Source of the DNA: a virus
Direction: 5' to 3' (one strand)
IMG/VR virus record: IMGVR_UViG_3300008255_000115
Coordinates: 35,193-99,192 of that record
DNA length: 64,000 nucleotides
Positions 1 to 11,483 of the stretch are shown in pieces. Both the position numbers and the translations under genes were made by a program. Each line of letters begins with the position of its first letter. The first letter of the stretch is position 1. The notes under the pieces were generated by a model. That model was given only the letters and a program-made list of their open reading frames with translations, ran no database searches and had not been told where the DNA came from.

Positions 1-2713
1 TAGTAAATCAGGAACAAATCCATTTTCTGAACCAAACTTTGAAGTTAATAAAACTATCAAAGCAGTAGATCCTTCTCAAGCAAATATTGAAGCAGAAGGT
101 GGGGAACAAGCTGTTGTTCCTGGTCAAGGTGGTATCCCAGAATCTTATAAAATATCTGGACCAAGACATAGTGGTGGTGGAGTACCTTTAAACTTAGCTC
201 CAGATTCTTTTATTTTTAGTGATCATAAGAAAGAAATGAAAATAAAAGACAAAGATATCTTAGCTGAATTTGGTATGAGTGTTCCAAAAAAAGGGAAAGT
301 AAAAGGATATACTCCTGCTGAGATTGCTAAGAAGTATGATATTAATGAATACAAGAAAATATTACTTGATCCTAACTCAGACAAAATTGCCCGTGAGACA
401 GCTGAGAAAATGATACAGAACTACAATATGAAACTAGGAAAACTAGCTTTAGTTCAAGAATCAATGAAAGGATTTCCACAAGATATTCCAGCAATTGCTA
501 TGCCTTATTTAGAAAGCATCAATGCAGACCCTAATCAATTTGTGCCACAAGAAGTACAACAACCTCAACAAGCTAATTTTGGAGCAGAGATTAAAAGTCA
601 AAACAACATTATGGCTAAAAGATTTCCAGGATTAGATGTAAAGCAAAGAGGTGGTCAATTTAATGGAGCATTCTGGGATAGTATATTACAAGATGGTGGT
701 CCAGTTGATGAAACACAATATCAAACTGCAGATGACTATGCTGCTTCTCAAATACAAATTTCTAACTATGATAATGAGCCTGCTCCAAAAGTTTTAACTC
801 AAGATCAGATTACTCTTATATATGGAACTAAAGAAGAGAAAATAGCATTACTTGATAAATTAAAATATGATGCAGAAGCTGCAGGTTTAGATGAGAATGC
901 TTACATCACTGAGACTGTAAAAAACATGACATGGGAAGAGATAGAACGTGCAGAAAAACATATGCAAGGATTTCCTATAAAAAGTCTTAAAAAAGAACTA
1001 GAGTGGGAAGCTAATCAATTAAAAAAACAAGCTGGTATTGAAACTAAACCTGAGCAAACAATAGGGGACAAAGTAAAAACTGTAGAAAAGCCTACATATA
1101 AAACTCCTAAAGATGCAATTATTCATGAAGAGAATGATGAATATGATGAAGCCAAAGTAAAAAAAGGAGAATATGTCAGAAGAAAAGATGGCAAATTATA
1201 TCAAGCTACAGGTAAAGTTTTCTCTGATTTTGAATATAAACAACTAGATAACATTCCTGAGAAGCATAGAGATGCTTATTCAAGAAGTTATGCATTACTA
1301 GAAAAAACATTAACAGATCCTGAAAACAAAGAACTTACTGATAAGCTTTATGAAAATTATAAAGATAGAATATCTAAGGGTAAAATAGATAAAAATAGAA
1401 AAGAGAAATTAATGAATCTTCCTAAAGAAGAAGTAATTAAAAATCTTATGAAAGCTCAAGAACAGATCTATGCAATTAACACACATGCTGCAGAAGATCC
1501 TGAGTTATTAAAAAGACTTGAATCCGGAGCTATGGATTCTAAATATAAAAAAGATCCTGTAACAGGAAAGACATATGGTAAAAATGAAGCATATAGAGAT
1601 ATTGCTAAAAGTCTTGGTTACAGTGATGAAGATCTTTTATCAGATGATGAAATTACTATATTTCAAGGAGCTTATCAAGGATTATTAGATTTGTCAAAAG
1701 ACCCTAAATACAAAGATAAAGTAGAAAACTTTAATTTAAAACCTGTTGGTATAGATGATCAAGATTGGGAAGGAGGTAAATCTATTTCACATGTAGATGG
1801 TTGGTTTGGTAATACAACAATTGGCCAAGCAGTTACTGCCAAGGAAGATAAAATGGCTTTTAAAGAAGCTGAAATAGAAGCTAAGAAAGATGCAGCAAGA
1901 CAAGGTGTAAATCCTCAGTATATAGAACAAACAATGGATGCTCCATGGTGGGCTCAAGATGTAGGTAACATGGCTTTATCTGTAGCTGAAAGAGCTCAGT
2001 TAAAAAAATATTTACCTCATTCTCAACCTATTGATCTTGCAAAACCTGATGTGTTATATTTTGATCCATCAAGAGCTTTAGCAGCCAATGCAGAACAAGC
2101 TAATATAGCTGCTCAAACTATTGGTTCATTTGCTGGACCACAAGGAACATCTAGATTAACAGGAATACAAGGGCAAGCTTTTGCACAAGCTGCAAATACA
2201 CTTGCTGATTATGAGAATAAAAATGTTGGTGTAGGAAATCAGTACTTACATAATGTACAACAAACCCTTAATCAAGAGTCCTTAGCAAATAATGAACGTA
2301 TGCAGAGATTATATGATCAGACTACAATTGCTAATCAACAATTTGATAACTCTAAAACTGCATCCAACAGAAATATATTTGATGCTTGGAGTAATGGTAT
2401 AACTAATGCAGCAGAAACACAATCTCTTAACATGCTATATCCCCAAGTCAATGTAGATCCTTCTACTGGAGGTAGAACAGGATTTACCAACGGAAGACCA
2501 TTAACAGGACAAAGATCATCAGGTACTAGTGATGAAGAATATTTTGCTGAAATTTCTAGACTCAAGAAAAAATATGAAGATTTAGATGAAAAAACTATAA
2601 TAGCAAGAGTTGCTCCTAAATATGGAAAAGGTGGAGGAACCTTTAATAAAAACAATAGAGAAAATCTAAAACGCTTTGTTGAAGACCAAAGAGGTTTAAA
2701 ACAAAGAAAGTAA
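1..2713 (+). CDS. Virion cargo/structural protein, 5'-truncated (frame open from position 2, so it starts upstream of the window)
   Basis: Frame of ORF 236..2713 has no stop from nt 2 and reads ...ANIEAEGGE...YKISGPRHSGGGVPL...FIFSD, an ExEGGE/GPxHxxGGV pattern I recall from crAss-like cargo proteins; Q/N/A-rich C-terminal part; directly upstream of the other giant cargo genes. Confidence 0.7.
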   Translation, partial: SKSGTNPFSEPNFEVNKTIKAVDPSQANIEAEGGEQAVVPGQGGIPESYKISGPRHSGGGVPLNLAPDSFIFSDHKKEMKIKDKDILAEFGMSVPKKGKVKGYTPAEIAKKYDINEYKKILLDPNSDKIARETAEKMIQNYNMKLGKLALVQESMKGFPQDIPAIAMPYLESINADPNQFVPQEVQQPQQANFGAEIKSQNNIMAKRFPGLDVKQRGGQFNGAFWDSILQDGGPVDETQYQTADDYAASQIQISNYDNEPAPKVLTQDQITLIYGTKEEKIALLDKLKYDAEAAGLDENAYITETVKNMTWEEIERAEKHMQGFPIKSLKKELEWEANQLKKQAGIETKPEQTIGDKVKTVEKPTYKTPKDAIIHEENDEYDEAKVKKGEYVRRKDGKLYQATGKVFSDFEYKQLDNIPEKHRDAYSRSYALLEKTLTDPENKELTDKLYENYKDRISKGKIDKNRKEKLMNLPKEEVIKNLMKAQEQIYAINTHAAEDPELLKRLESGAMDSKYKKDPVTGKTYGKNEAYRDIAKSLGYSDEDLLSDDEITIFQGAYQGLLDLSKDPKYKDKVENFNLKPVGIDDQDWEGGKSISHVDGWFGNTTIGQAVTAKEDKMAFKEAEIEAKKDAARQGVNPQYIEQTMDAPWWAQDVGNMALSVAERAQLKKYLPHSQPIDLAKPDVLYFDPSRALAANAEQANIAAQTIGSFAGPQGTSRLTGIQGQAFAQAANTLADYENKNVGVGNQYLHNVQQTLNQESLANNERMQRLYDQTTIANQQFDNSKTASNRNIFDAWSNGITNAAETQSLNMLYPQVNVDPSTGGRTGFTNGRPLTGQRSSGTSDEEYFAEISRLKKKYEDLDEKTIIARVAPKYGKGGGTFNKNNRENLKRFVEDQRGLKQRK

Positions 2714-2771
2714 ATCTCTAAACTTTAGAAGTGTAAAAAAATAAATATATTTTATGTAACTTAGCAAAATT

Positions 2772-5700
2772 ATGGCAACCTATTTACAAGGAATCACAGA
2801 CTACATACCTCAAGTTCAACCTTTTAAACCTAACTATAACTTCTATCAGAATGTTTTAGAAAGGAAACAATCTCAATATGATAGAGGTTGGGAACAAACC
2901 AATAACATATATAGTAGCATATTAAATGCTCCTATGATGAGAGGTCAGAATGTTGAACGCAGAGATGGGTTCTTTAAAAATATTGAGAATCAAATTCAAC
3001 AACTTTCAGGAGTAGATCTATCACTACAACAAAATGTAGATGCAGCAACTCAAATATTTAAACCTTTCTATGAAGATGATAATATTGTTCATGATATGTC
3101 TTTTACTAAAAAGTATCAGACTCAAATGCAACATGCTGAATATTTAAGAAACTGTACAGACAAAGATAAGTGTGGAGACAAATATTGGGAAGGTGGAGTA
3201 AGATTAATGAATCATATTGCACAAGATTTTGTTAATGCATCAGATGAAGAAGCATTAAAAATAAGTGCTCCTAATTATGTTAACCATGCAAATTTCATGG
3301 AGAAAGCCTCAGCAGCTGTAAAAGAAGCTGGGTTTAAAATGGAATATGAATCTAAGGAAGGAAGATATATGGTTAAGCGTATTAATGGTCCTCAAGCAGT
3401 ACAACCATTAATGGATTTCATGATGGCTAGATTTGGGGATGATCCAGAACTTACTTCTTTCTATAAAGCTAAAGCTGCTTTAATGAGTTATGAAAATCCA
3501 GAAGCTGCTATCAACACATATGAAGCTTCAATGCTAAGAAGTAAAGCTCAGAGTCAAGAAGAATATGATCAACTTATAAAAGATAAAAGTGCTGAAATAA
3601 ACTTCAATAAAGCAAAAGGTATTATTAACCACACTAAAGAAAATGTAAAAGCCAGCACTGATAGGTTATTTTTACAAAAAAGTGGATTAGAAAAACTTAT
3701 TGAAAATGAAGGTATAATAGAAGGATCTCCTGAAGATAAAGCATATAGAGCTATATTAGAAAGAGAAGGATCAGCAGTTGCTGCTTTAGAGAGTGTAGAT
3801 AAACTTTCTAATCAAGTAAACAATATGCAATACACTGATTCAGAAGGTAATGTTATTTCTAAAGGTGCAATAGATGGAGTTGTAGCAAATGCTATGATGA
3901 TGAGGGACATGAGTTTATCTGCTCAAACAATTGCATATAAAGATTATAGTGTTACAAAAAAAGCTGATCAGTATGCTTTGGCGGATTATAGAAATCAGCT
4001 TGCCTTAAAAACTGCAGCAATAAAACATAATTATGCTTTAGAGACAACTAATGTAAAAAGTATACTTAAAGAAGGACAAGATTATAGAAAATTCTTAATT
4101 GATAGAGGCTATATAAATCCTTTTACAGGAGAACCTAAATATATAGATCCAGTAACACAAACAATGCCTATTCTACCTGGTGGAGGTATGGCTACTGGAG
4201 ATCCTGCAGATATTGCTGCTGCATTAAAACAAAGAATAGCCAGTGGTGCTTCATTGGCACCAAGTTCTGCAGATAATGCTTATTTGTATTCTAATGCTGG
4301 ATTTACATACAAACCTTCTAAAAATAATCCTAAAAAAGCAAGATTAGTTGAAGCAATGAATGGAGCAGATGTATATTTAGATACTGGTTTACAAACAGCT
4401 ATAAAAAACTTTCCTGAAGCTTTAAAACCAGGAATACCTAAACCTTCTTTTACAGGTAAACTTGAAGATGGTGTATTAAAATTGGATCATGAAAATGTAA
4501 CACCAGATACTAGAATACAAGAAATTATATCTAAAGGAGAAAATGGAGATGTTGATGGAGCTTTATTAAATTTTAAATTTAGTGAATTTATACAACCTGC
4601 TAAAAATATAGTTTCAACATGGACTGAACAAGCTGCTAGTAATCAAGGATTTATAGTAGGAAGTCAACTTAATAGTTTGCTTAATATAGCATCATCACAA
4701 AATGATCAATATAATGCTTTTGCATTGGATGGTATGATTGGTATAGGGAATATGATTAAAGAAAATATAAATAATCCAGCCATTAAAGAAGCTCTTATAA
4801 AGAGTGGAAGTTATGATCTTCTAAAAGATTTTCCTAATAGTACTAATACTAAAAATTTAGATCCAGATTTTTTTAGAAAAATAGCTGATAAAAGTTTATC
4901 AGAAGATATAATGTTAGCTGCAGGTAAGAGAGATTTGTTTAAAAAATTTACAAATGATCAAGGTCAACATTTTGTAAAACAATATAATAGTGAAGATTTA
5001 GTTGACATTAATAAATTAGGTCTTGTTTCAAAAGAAGAAGCTGATATATTAAATTTTAGAAACAGTCATGCACCTATGAAGCCTTTAAGTGAAGAAGAAA
5101 GAAAAGCATTAAAAGACTATGATTACTATACATCACAACCAAAAATTGATAATGATTTTAGAAGTATTGGATTAAATACACCAATACCTGCTTTAAGAGA
5201 CTTTAGTAATAAACACCTTACACAAATGGCTTTAACAGAAAATATGTATAAAGCTGCAACAAATAGTAAAAGAAATTATAATAACCAAATGATTGATGCT
5301 TCTCAAACCATGGCTAAAAGTTTTGAGAATGAAAATACAGATTTTGCTAGTAAAATGTTAGCAGAAAGCATGGTTAAAATTGGTAAGGATGGATGGGCTG
5401 AATTAACACCTTTAGGAGTTGTATATAGTAAAGCTGCAGAAAAAGCACCATTACCAGGAGGAAATAGTTTATGGCAATTAACAAAAGATATAGGAATATT
5501 TAATCCATTTGATGGTATTTATACATCAACAGTTCCTGAACTTGAAAAAGAATATATGGGTGGTGTACCAGGTTTTACAAATGAAGCTATTAAAAATATG
5601 TTATGGTCTTCTGAATTACCAATTGATAAAGCACCTCCTAGAAATCTAAATAGAGAAGCTCTATGGAATAATGTAGACTTAAGTAAACTGAAAGGAGAAG

Positions 5701-6815
5701 TAGGTGGTCTTTTAAAAGATTTTGGAGTAGATAAAAGGTCACTTATGGAAAGTGATTTTGCTACATTTACTGCATTATTAAAACATCCTACAACACAGGT
5801 AATTAGAAATAAAGATAACACCATTAACATTAAAAGTCCTTATATATCTGGAGATATTAATCAGACTTATTCACTTGATGAAATAGAAATGCATAAAGGA
5901 TTTGAAAACATGTTTGATAGAATAGAAGAAAAGAGTGGGAAGATGAGAGCTGAATTTTTAAATATGGCACAAAATACTAAAGGAAAAAAAATGAGTGAAA
6001 CTCTTATGTTTCCACAAATATCAGGAAAATCTTCAGGAAACTTCAATTATAGTGTGCCTGTTATGAAAGACATTAATGTACAAGCAGGAAATCGTACACA
6101 AGAACATGCATTAGTATCTGAAACTTTAAATGAAATATCTACAATATATAATCAAGATTTAAGTCAATATGGTGTTAAACAAGGGGATAAGAATACTTTA
6201 GATTTGATTTTAAGTGAATTAAATGATGATACAAAAAAATACTCAACTGATAATCTTATGTTAAATATTGATGTAGAACCTGTTATGGGAAATATGGAAT
6301 TATCTAAAGTTACAGTTAAAATGCATCCTAGCACTAAACATAAATATTTAAAGCAAAAAGGATTATTAGTTTATGATTCTAAAGCTAAAGAATTAGATGA
6401 AAGATGGGTCTCTCTTATTGAAGACAATGCTACTTATTATATATCTAATGGTAAAGCTAAACTTATTAAAAATACACAACCAGATCCTTATCATACATTA
6501 GTTGGTCTAGCAGATGGAGAAGGTTATACAGATGATATATTTTGGGATGAGTTTGGAGGCAAAGTTGAATATAAAAGAGTAGGTGATAAGGTACAAATTA
6601 TTCCTATATATAAAGTTAAAGATCCAGTAACTGGGAAATTAAGAGAACTTAGAATAATGGGACCAAGTGGTCCTATGGAACAACCACTTGCAGGGGTTAA
6701 TTGGAAACAAATATTTGAAATGCAATATCAGAATATTTATGAATTACCCTTTAGAAATTTAGAATCTGATGTTAATCTTAACAGGATTACAAACTTAGAA
6801 CATTATAAAAAATAA
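2772..6815 (+). CDS. Large virion cargo/ejection protein (1347 aa)
   Basis: Long helical-looking ORF within the giant-gene block leading to the virion RNAP; no catalytic motif recognised. Confidence 0.6.
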   Translation: MATYLQGITDYIPQVQPFKPNYNFYQNVLERKQSQYDRGWEQTNNIYSSILNAPMMRGQNVERRDGFFKNIENQIQQLSGVDLSLQQNVDAATQIFKPFYEDDNIVHDMSFTKKYQTQMQHAEYLRNCTDKDKCGDKYWEGGVRLMNHIAQDFVNASDEEALKISAPNYVNHANFMEKASAAVKEAGFKMEYESKEGRYMVKRINGPQAVQPLMDFMMARFGDDPELTSFYKAKAALMSYENPEAAINTYEASMLRSKAQSQEEYDQLIKDKSAEINFNKAKGIINHTKENVKASTDRLFLQKSGLEKLIENEGIIEGSPEDKAYRAILEREGSAVAALESVDKLSNQVNNMQYTDSEGNVISKGAIDGVVANAMMMRDMSLSAQTIAYKDYSVTKKADQYALADYRNQLALKTAAIKHNYALETTNVKSILKEGQDYRKFLIDRGYINPFTGEPKYIDPVTQTMPILPGGGMATGDPADIAAALKQRIASGASLAPSSADNAYLYSNAGFTYKPSKNNPKKARLVEAMNGADVYLDTGLQTAIKNFPEALKPGIPKPSFTGKLEDGVLKLDHENVTPDTRIQEIISKGENGDVDGALLNFKFSEFIQPAKNIVSTWTEQAASNQGFIVGSQLNSLLNIASSQNDQYNAFALDGMIGIGNMIKENINNPAIKEALIKSGSYDLLKDFPNSTNTKNLDPDFFRKIADKSLSEDIMLAAGKRDLFKKFTNDQGQHFVKQYNSEDLVDINKLGLVSKEEADILNFRNSHAPMKPLSEEERKALKDYDYYTSQPKIDNDFRSIGLNTPIPALRDFSNKHLTQMALTENMYKAATNSKRNYNNQMIDASQTMAKSFENENTDFASKMLAESMVKIGKDGWAELTPLGVVYSKAAEKAPLPGGNSLWQLTKDIGIFNPFDGIYTSTVPELEKEYMGGVPGFTNEAIKNMLWSSELPIDKAPPRNLNREALWNNVDLSKLKGEVGGLLKDFGVDKRSLMESDFATFTALLKHPTTQVIRNKDNTINIKSPYISGDINQTYSLDEIEMHKGFENMFDRIEEKSGKMRAEFLNMAQNTKGKKMSETLMFPQISGKSSGNFNYSVPVMKDINVQAGNRTQEHALVSETLNEISTIYNQDLSQYGVKQGDKNTLDLILSELNDDTKKYSTDNLMLNIDVEPVMGNMELSKVTVKMHPSTKHKYLKQKGLLVYDSKAKELDERWVSLIEDNATYYISNGKAKLIKNTQPDPYHTLVGLADGEGYTDDIFWDEFGGKVEYKRVGDKVQIIPIYKVKDPVTGKLRELRIMGPSGPMEQPLAGVNWKQIFEMQYQNIYELPFRNLESDVNLNRITNLEHYKK

Positions 6816-6818
6816 GTT

Positions 6819-9800
6819 ATGCCAGAGAATATTATGCCTGAAACACCACAATTACCTGACACTACAGTAGATCCTGTAGTATCTAGTACACCTAATATTA
6901 GTGATATTAAGAATGAACTGTATAGTAATTTACAGACAGACATGGCTAAAGCTAGAGATCCTTATATGGCTGCTAAAGGAGAAGGTCATAACTTAGCTCC
7001 TACAAAAGATAATGGTTTAAATTTTCAAAGATACTATGGTAAAAAAGAATATACTAAGTTAGGATTTAATCCATATATAGATAATGAAAATTACTATCAA
7101 CAAAACACTTCTGCTTGGGATGATACAATTAACTCTTGGACACAAGCTGGTAATCTATTTAATTTAGGATTCAGTACAATATGGGGTGGTAAATCAGACA
7201 GAGAAGAAGCAAGAGATTATGAGAGATATGCTAATATAGGCACTAGCCAAAGAGGTGGTGTATCTGGATTTATGAACAATGCTATGTTAAATTCTGGATA
7301 TACAATAGGTCTATTATCAGAGATAGCAGCTGAAGAATTAGCATTAGGAGCAGTGGAATTTTTTTCAGGAGGTGGTACTACACCACTAGTAGCAGCAAGA
7401 ACTGCTGCTAATGTTAGCAGACTAGGTAAACTAGGACAAATAGGTAGTAAGATAACATCTACTGTTGATAGAATAAAAGATCTAAAAAATATAGGTAAAG
7501 CTAAAACTTTCTTTGAGGGAGCTAAATCAGTAGGACAAGCAATAAATCCATTAAGAGGGACCACAGAATATTTATCAACGGTTGGTAGACAATATACTAG
7601 ATCTAAGGATACTGGAAAAATTGTTGCTTTATCTGATATGGCTAAATGGCAAAAAGGTTTTGGTACTTTTTACAGAGACTTACGTGAGATAAATTTAGCT
7701 ATGGATGAAGCTCATCTAGAATCAGGTTTTGTTAGTAATGGAATTAAAGATGAATTAATCAATAAAGTTATTCAGGATACAGGTGAACATCCAACTGCTG
7801 AAGCAATGGATGAGATTAATAAAGAAGCAAAATTAGCTTCTGATAATACCTTTGCAACCAACTCTTTACTAATATATAGTACTAACAGGTTATCATTTGG
7901 AAATGTATTTAATAAGTACATGCCAAGAGCTTTACAAAAAGCTTCAAGTAATATGGCTGGTGGTAGAGTAATTAAAAATAGAGCTACTAAGAAATTAGAT
8001 TTTGTTGAACATGGTGGGCTACTAGGTTATAAAACATTTCTTAATGAAGCTAAATATGCTGCTTCTAATCTTAAGACTATGCCATTACAAACAGCTAAGT
8101 TTTTAGGAAAGTATACAAGAGCAAACTTTGGTGAGGGTGCTCAAGAATATTTTCAAGAAGTTATTCAGGATGCAGAAACTAATATGGCACATGATAGATA
8201 TACTGGAGCACTTTCAGGAGGAGCTTGGTATAATGCTTTATCTAGTGACCAATATATGAAAGCATATAAGGAAAGCATGGACCATTTTATAAGTTCTGAA
8301 GGTGCTGAAATATTTGCATCTGGATTTGTAATGGGAGGATTTGCTGGACCAATAGCATATGCTCAACAAAATGCTGTTAAACACTTAACAAAATCCGGAC
8401 AATATGTAGTGGACAAAGATGGTTATCAAGCTGATAAGTCTGAAGAAGAGCAAGCTAAGACTGATCTTGAAAAAAATATTACTAAGTTCAATGATATGAC
8501 AGATGCAAGAAAGAATTTCTTGTATGATTATATTGAACAATTAAGAACACAAGGTTCTCTTAAAAAAGAGATGGATCTAAAAGAAGATAATCAGAAAGAT
8601 ATAATAGATCTTAAAGATATAGCTTTAGTTCAACAGCTTATGTTTGCTGATAATATGGGAGCTTATGATTTAATTCTTGACAAAATTAAAGACATGAGTA
8701 ATTTATCAGAAGATGAATTAAGAGAAGCTTTTGGAGAACAAATAGATGAAGACAGTAATTTCATAAGTAACTTTAAAGACAGTTATGAAAAGATAATTAA
8801 AAGAGCAGAAAAAGTAAAAGAGATGATGGATAACTATGATAAGTTATTTCCTGAACCTCCTTTATATGGTGCTGAAAATAGTGATTTTGAAGATCTTATT
8901 GAAGAACAAGATATAAGAAAAGCTAGATATTATACTAAATTATTAGCAATAACTAATCAACAAAGTTTGGTTAGAACTATGGAAAGAATGAGTTCTATCA
9001 TGAATGGTGTTTATGAAAAAGCTCCTTTTTGGAATAAAGATAAAACTCCACCTGCTGGAGAAATAACTAAAATATTTAACTATACAGAACTATCACAAGA
9101 AGTAAGACTTCTAAAGGATGAAATCAAAAGCTTAAAAGGATTTACAAGTTTAAGCCCTGATCAAAGGAAAGATCTTGCATATAAAGAAAAAATTTATGCA
9201 ACACTTGAAAAGTTTACAGGTAAAGATGGTGTTCTTAAAGGATTTGTAAATGGTTTAAAAAATCAACAACTTGTAAATATATTAAGAAAACAAGCTGAAA
9301 AACTAAGAACTCTTGAAACAGGTAAATCTGTAACTTATAAAAGAGGAGGTAAATCATGGGAAGGAATTATTGAAGGTGAGACAATAGACAAAAAAGGAAG
9401 ACCTCAGTGGATGATTGTTAAATCTGATGGATCTAAAGTTAGAATTTTAAAAGATTCTGATGTACTGCAAGATCCTGGTATAGATGTGCCTGATATTGAA
9501 GATACTTATACTGAACCTTTAAAGCAATTATTTAGAGAATACTTGACAATAATAGGTAATAGATACAATAATAAAATAGATGAAACTAATTTTGATTCTG
9601 CATTCCAAGATTTTAAAGATTTTTATACTTTAAATGAAGATGAAAAAAATTTAAGTGAAACTGTTTCATTTTTAATGAATCCGGAAGCTCACTATATGTT
9701 TGTTGAAAGATATAACCAGATGGTTAAGAGTAAACGCACCAACATGGCTAGTGAAGTAGAAGCTCAACTAAAAATGTATCAAGACTCTAAAGAAGAGAAT

Positions 9801-11483
9801 GATCTTATCCAAATGCTTGCTAAAGAATATAATATTTATATTGAAGCAGATGATTTAGAAGCTCTATTTAAAGACAATATTATACCAGACATTTTTCATA
9901 ATATTGACACAGATGTTAAAATTAGACCAACTAGTGATACTTATAAAGAAATTAATACTGCTATAAAAAATTGGTTAGCAGAAACAAAAAGAGTTGAGCC
10001 TGAAATAATAACTGAGGAAGTAGTTAAGAAAACAACTGAAGAAGTAAGTGAGTTTAAAGAAATAACAATGGATACACCTATTGATGAATATCCTGCTGAA
10101 TTATCTTTATTAATGGAAGAAGCTATGAGTGCTTATAACAATGCTATAGATGAAAGAGAAAACTTATCTGATATGGCTAAAGAAAATGCTAAAGCAAAAA
10201 CATTAGAAGAGTTTATTAACAATCCTGGTGCTAAACCAAGAATAAGAAAAGTACTTGAAAAATGGAATGGTGAATCCCTAGTTAAACCAGTACAATCAAA
10301 TGAAAAAGAAGTAATTAATAAAACAATTATAACACCAGACGTAAAAGAAAATGCAGAAGAAAAAATTCAAGAAGTAATAATACCAGAAGGAGAAGTTCTT
10401 GATACAAATCTTGTTGACCCTAATGCTATTGATGAAAGAGAAATAGCACCAACTGTTGATATATTATTTCCAGATGAAATAAAACAATTACTTCTTAATA
10501 AAGAAATTAGATTTTTAATGCTTGGTGAAACAGATGGACAAACCCAACAGATTGTAAAAGCTTTACAAAAAAGTAAAAAACTTAGATCTAATCAAGGTAT
10601 TAAAGATATAAAAATGAATACCCAAATTGCTATACCTATTACTGTCAAGGGAAAGATTACAGAACTTGTATTTTCATATTCAGGTTTTGTAGACATTCAT
10701 GAAGCTGGTGGACAACACCAAATGATTATAGATATGAAGTTACAACCTAAGAAAACAAATGCTTTTCCACATGCTGTTAAAATAGGAAAAGATACATATT
10801 ATGCATCAAGTATAAATCATAAAGCATGGATAGAAGGTTCAGGTAAACTTCATAAATTTTCACTTAGACTTATTCAAGGCTCTGAACAAGTTGTAAATCA
10901 AGAAGATATAGATACAAAATGGACAAGTAGTATTCAAAAAAGATTTAGTGAATCAACAAACTTAGAAGATACCTTAATTGAATTACAGTCAGAAAATACT
11001 AAAAGAGAGATTGAAGGTAAAGCTTTTCTAGATACTGAAGATTTACATTTAATTTATGAAGATTTTGTTAAAAAGTTTCAAGGAGAACTAACTCCATCAA
11101 AACTAAACTTACAAGATGAGTATAATGTTAAGGGAAAATTACGTAAATTTGGCACTGCAAAAGTAAGTAAGAAGTATCCTAATGGTGTGGACTTTATATC
11201 TACAGGTAAGAAAACATTAGGTCAAGTTCAATTTATTAAAACTTCTGAAATACCAAGTGTTATACAAAATAAATTAACAACAGATATGGATGAAAAAATA
11301 TCAGAACAAGGTTTAGAAGAAGTAACTGAAACAGATAAGGAACTATTAAAGGACAGTACAGAGAATAGAGAAGCTCTTAGTAAAGATAAAATGGATGAGT
11401 TAGCAGATAAATCAGTTTCAATGACAGCTTCAGAAAGAATTCAATACTTAAAAGACAATAGAAAAAAACGCTGTAACCAATGA
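6819..11483 (+). CDS. Large ejection protein with Gly/Ala-rich hydrophobic segments, putative membrane channel former (1554 aa)
   Basis: Segments GYTIGLLSEIAAEELALGAVEFFSGGG and IFASGFVMGGFAGPIA, motif EGAQEYFQ; stop overlaps RNAP start (ATGA). Confidence 0.6.
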   Translation: MPENIMPETPQLPDTTVDPVVSSTPNISDIKNELYSNLQTDMAKARDPYMAAKGEGHNLAPTKDNGLNFQRYYGKKEYTKLGFNPYIDNENYYQQNTSAWDDTINSWTQAGNLFNLGFSTIWGGKSDREEARDYERYANIGTSQRGGVSGFMNNAMLNSGYTIGLLSEIAAEELALGAVEFFSGGGTTPLVAARTAANVSRLGKLGQIGSKITSTVDRIKDLKNIGKAKTFFEGAKSVGQAINPLRGTTEYLSTVGRQYTRSKDTGKIVALSDMAKWQKGFGTFYRDLREINLAMDEAHLESGFVSNGIKDELINKVIQDTGEHPTAEAMDEINKEAKLASDNTFATNSLLIYSTNRLSFGNVFNKYMPRALQKASSNMAGGRVIKNRATKKLDFVEHGGLLGYKTFLNEAKYAASNLKTMPLQTAKFLGKYTRANFGEGAQEYFQEVIQDAETNMAHDRYTGALSGGAWYNALSSDQYMKAYKESMDHFISSEGAEIFASGFVMGGFAGPIAYAQQNAVKHLTKSGQYVVDKDGYQADKSEEEQAKTDLEKNITKFNDMTDARKNFLYDYIEQLRTQGSLKKEMDLKEDNQKDIIDLKDIALVQQLMFADNMGAYDLILDKIKDMSNLSEDELREAFGEQIDEDSNFISNFKDSYEKIIKRAEKVKEMMDNYDKLFPEPPLYGAENSDFEDLIEEQDIRKARYYTKLLAITNQQSLVRTMERMSSIMNGVYEKAPFWNKDKTPPAGEITKIFNYTELSQEVRLLKDEIKSLKGFTSLSPDQRKDLAYKEKIYATLEKFTGKDGVLKGFVNGLKNQQLVNILRKQAEKLRTLETGKSVTYKRGGKSWEGIIEGETIDKKGRPQWMIVKSDGSKVRILKDSDVLQDPGIDVPDIEDTYTEPLKQLFREYLTIIGNRYNNKIDETNFDSAFQDFKDFYTLNEDEKNLSETVSFLMNPEAHYMFVERYNQMVKSKRTNMASEVEAQLKMYQDSKEENDLIQMLAKEYNIYIEADDLEALFKDNIIPDIFHNIDTDVKIRPTSDTYKEINTAIKNWLAETKRVEPEIITEEVVKKTTEEVSEFKEITMDTPIDEYPAELSLLMEEAMSAYNNAIDERENLSDMAKENAKAKTLEEFINNPGAKPRIRKVLEKWNGESLVKPVQSNEKEVINKTIITPDVKENAEEKIQEVIIPEGEVLDTNLVDPNAIDEREIAPTVDILFPDEIKQLLLNKEIRFLMLGETDGQTQQIVKALQKSKKLRSNQGIKDIKMNTQIAIPITVKGKITELVFSYSGFVDIHEAGGQHQMIIDMKLQPKKTNAFPHAVKIGKDTYYASSINHKAWIEGSGKLHKFSLRLIQGSEQVVNQEDIDTKWTSSIQKRFSESTNLEDTLIELQSENTKREIEGKAFLDTEDLHLIYEDFVKKFQGELTPSKLNLQDEYNVKGKLRKFGTAKVSKKYPNGVDFISTGKKTLGQVQFIKTSEIPSVIQNKLTTDMDEKISEQGLEEVTETDKELLKDSTENREALSKDKMDELADKSVSMTASERIQYLKDNRKKRCNQ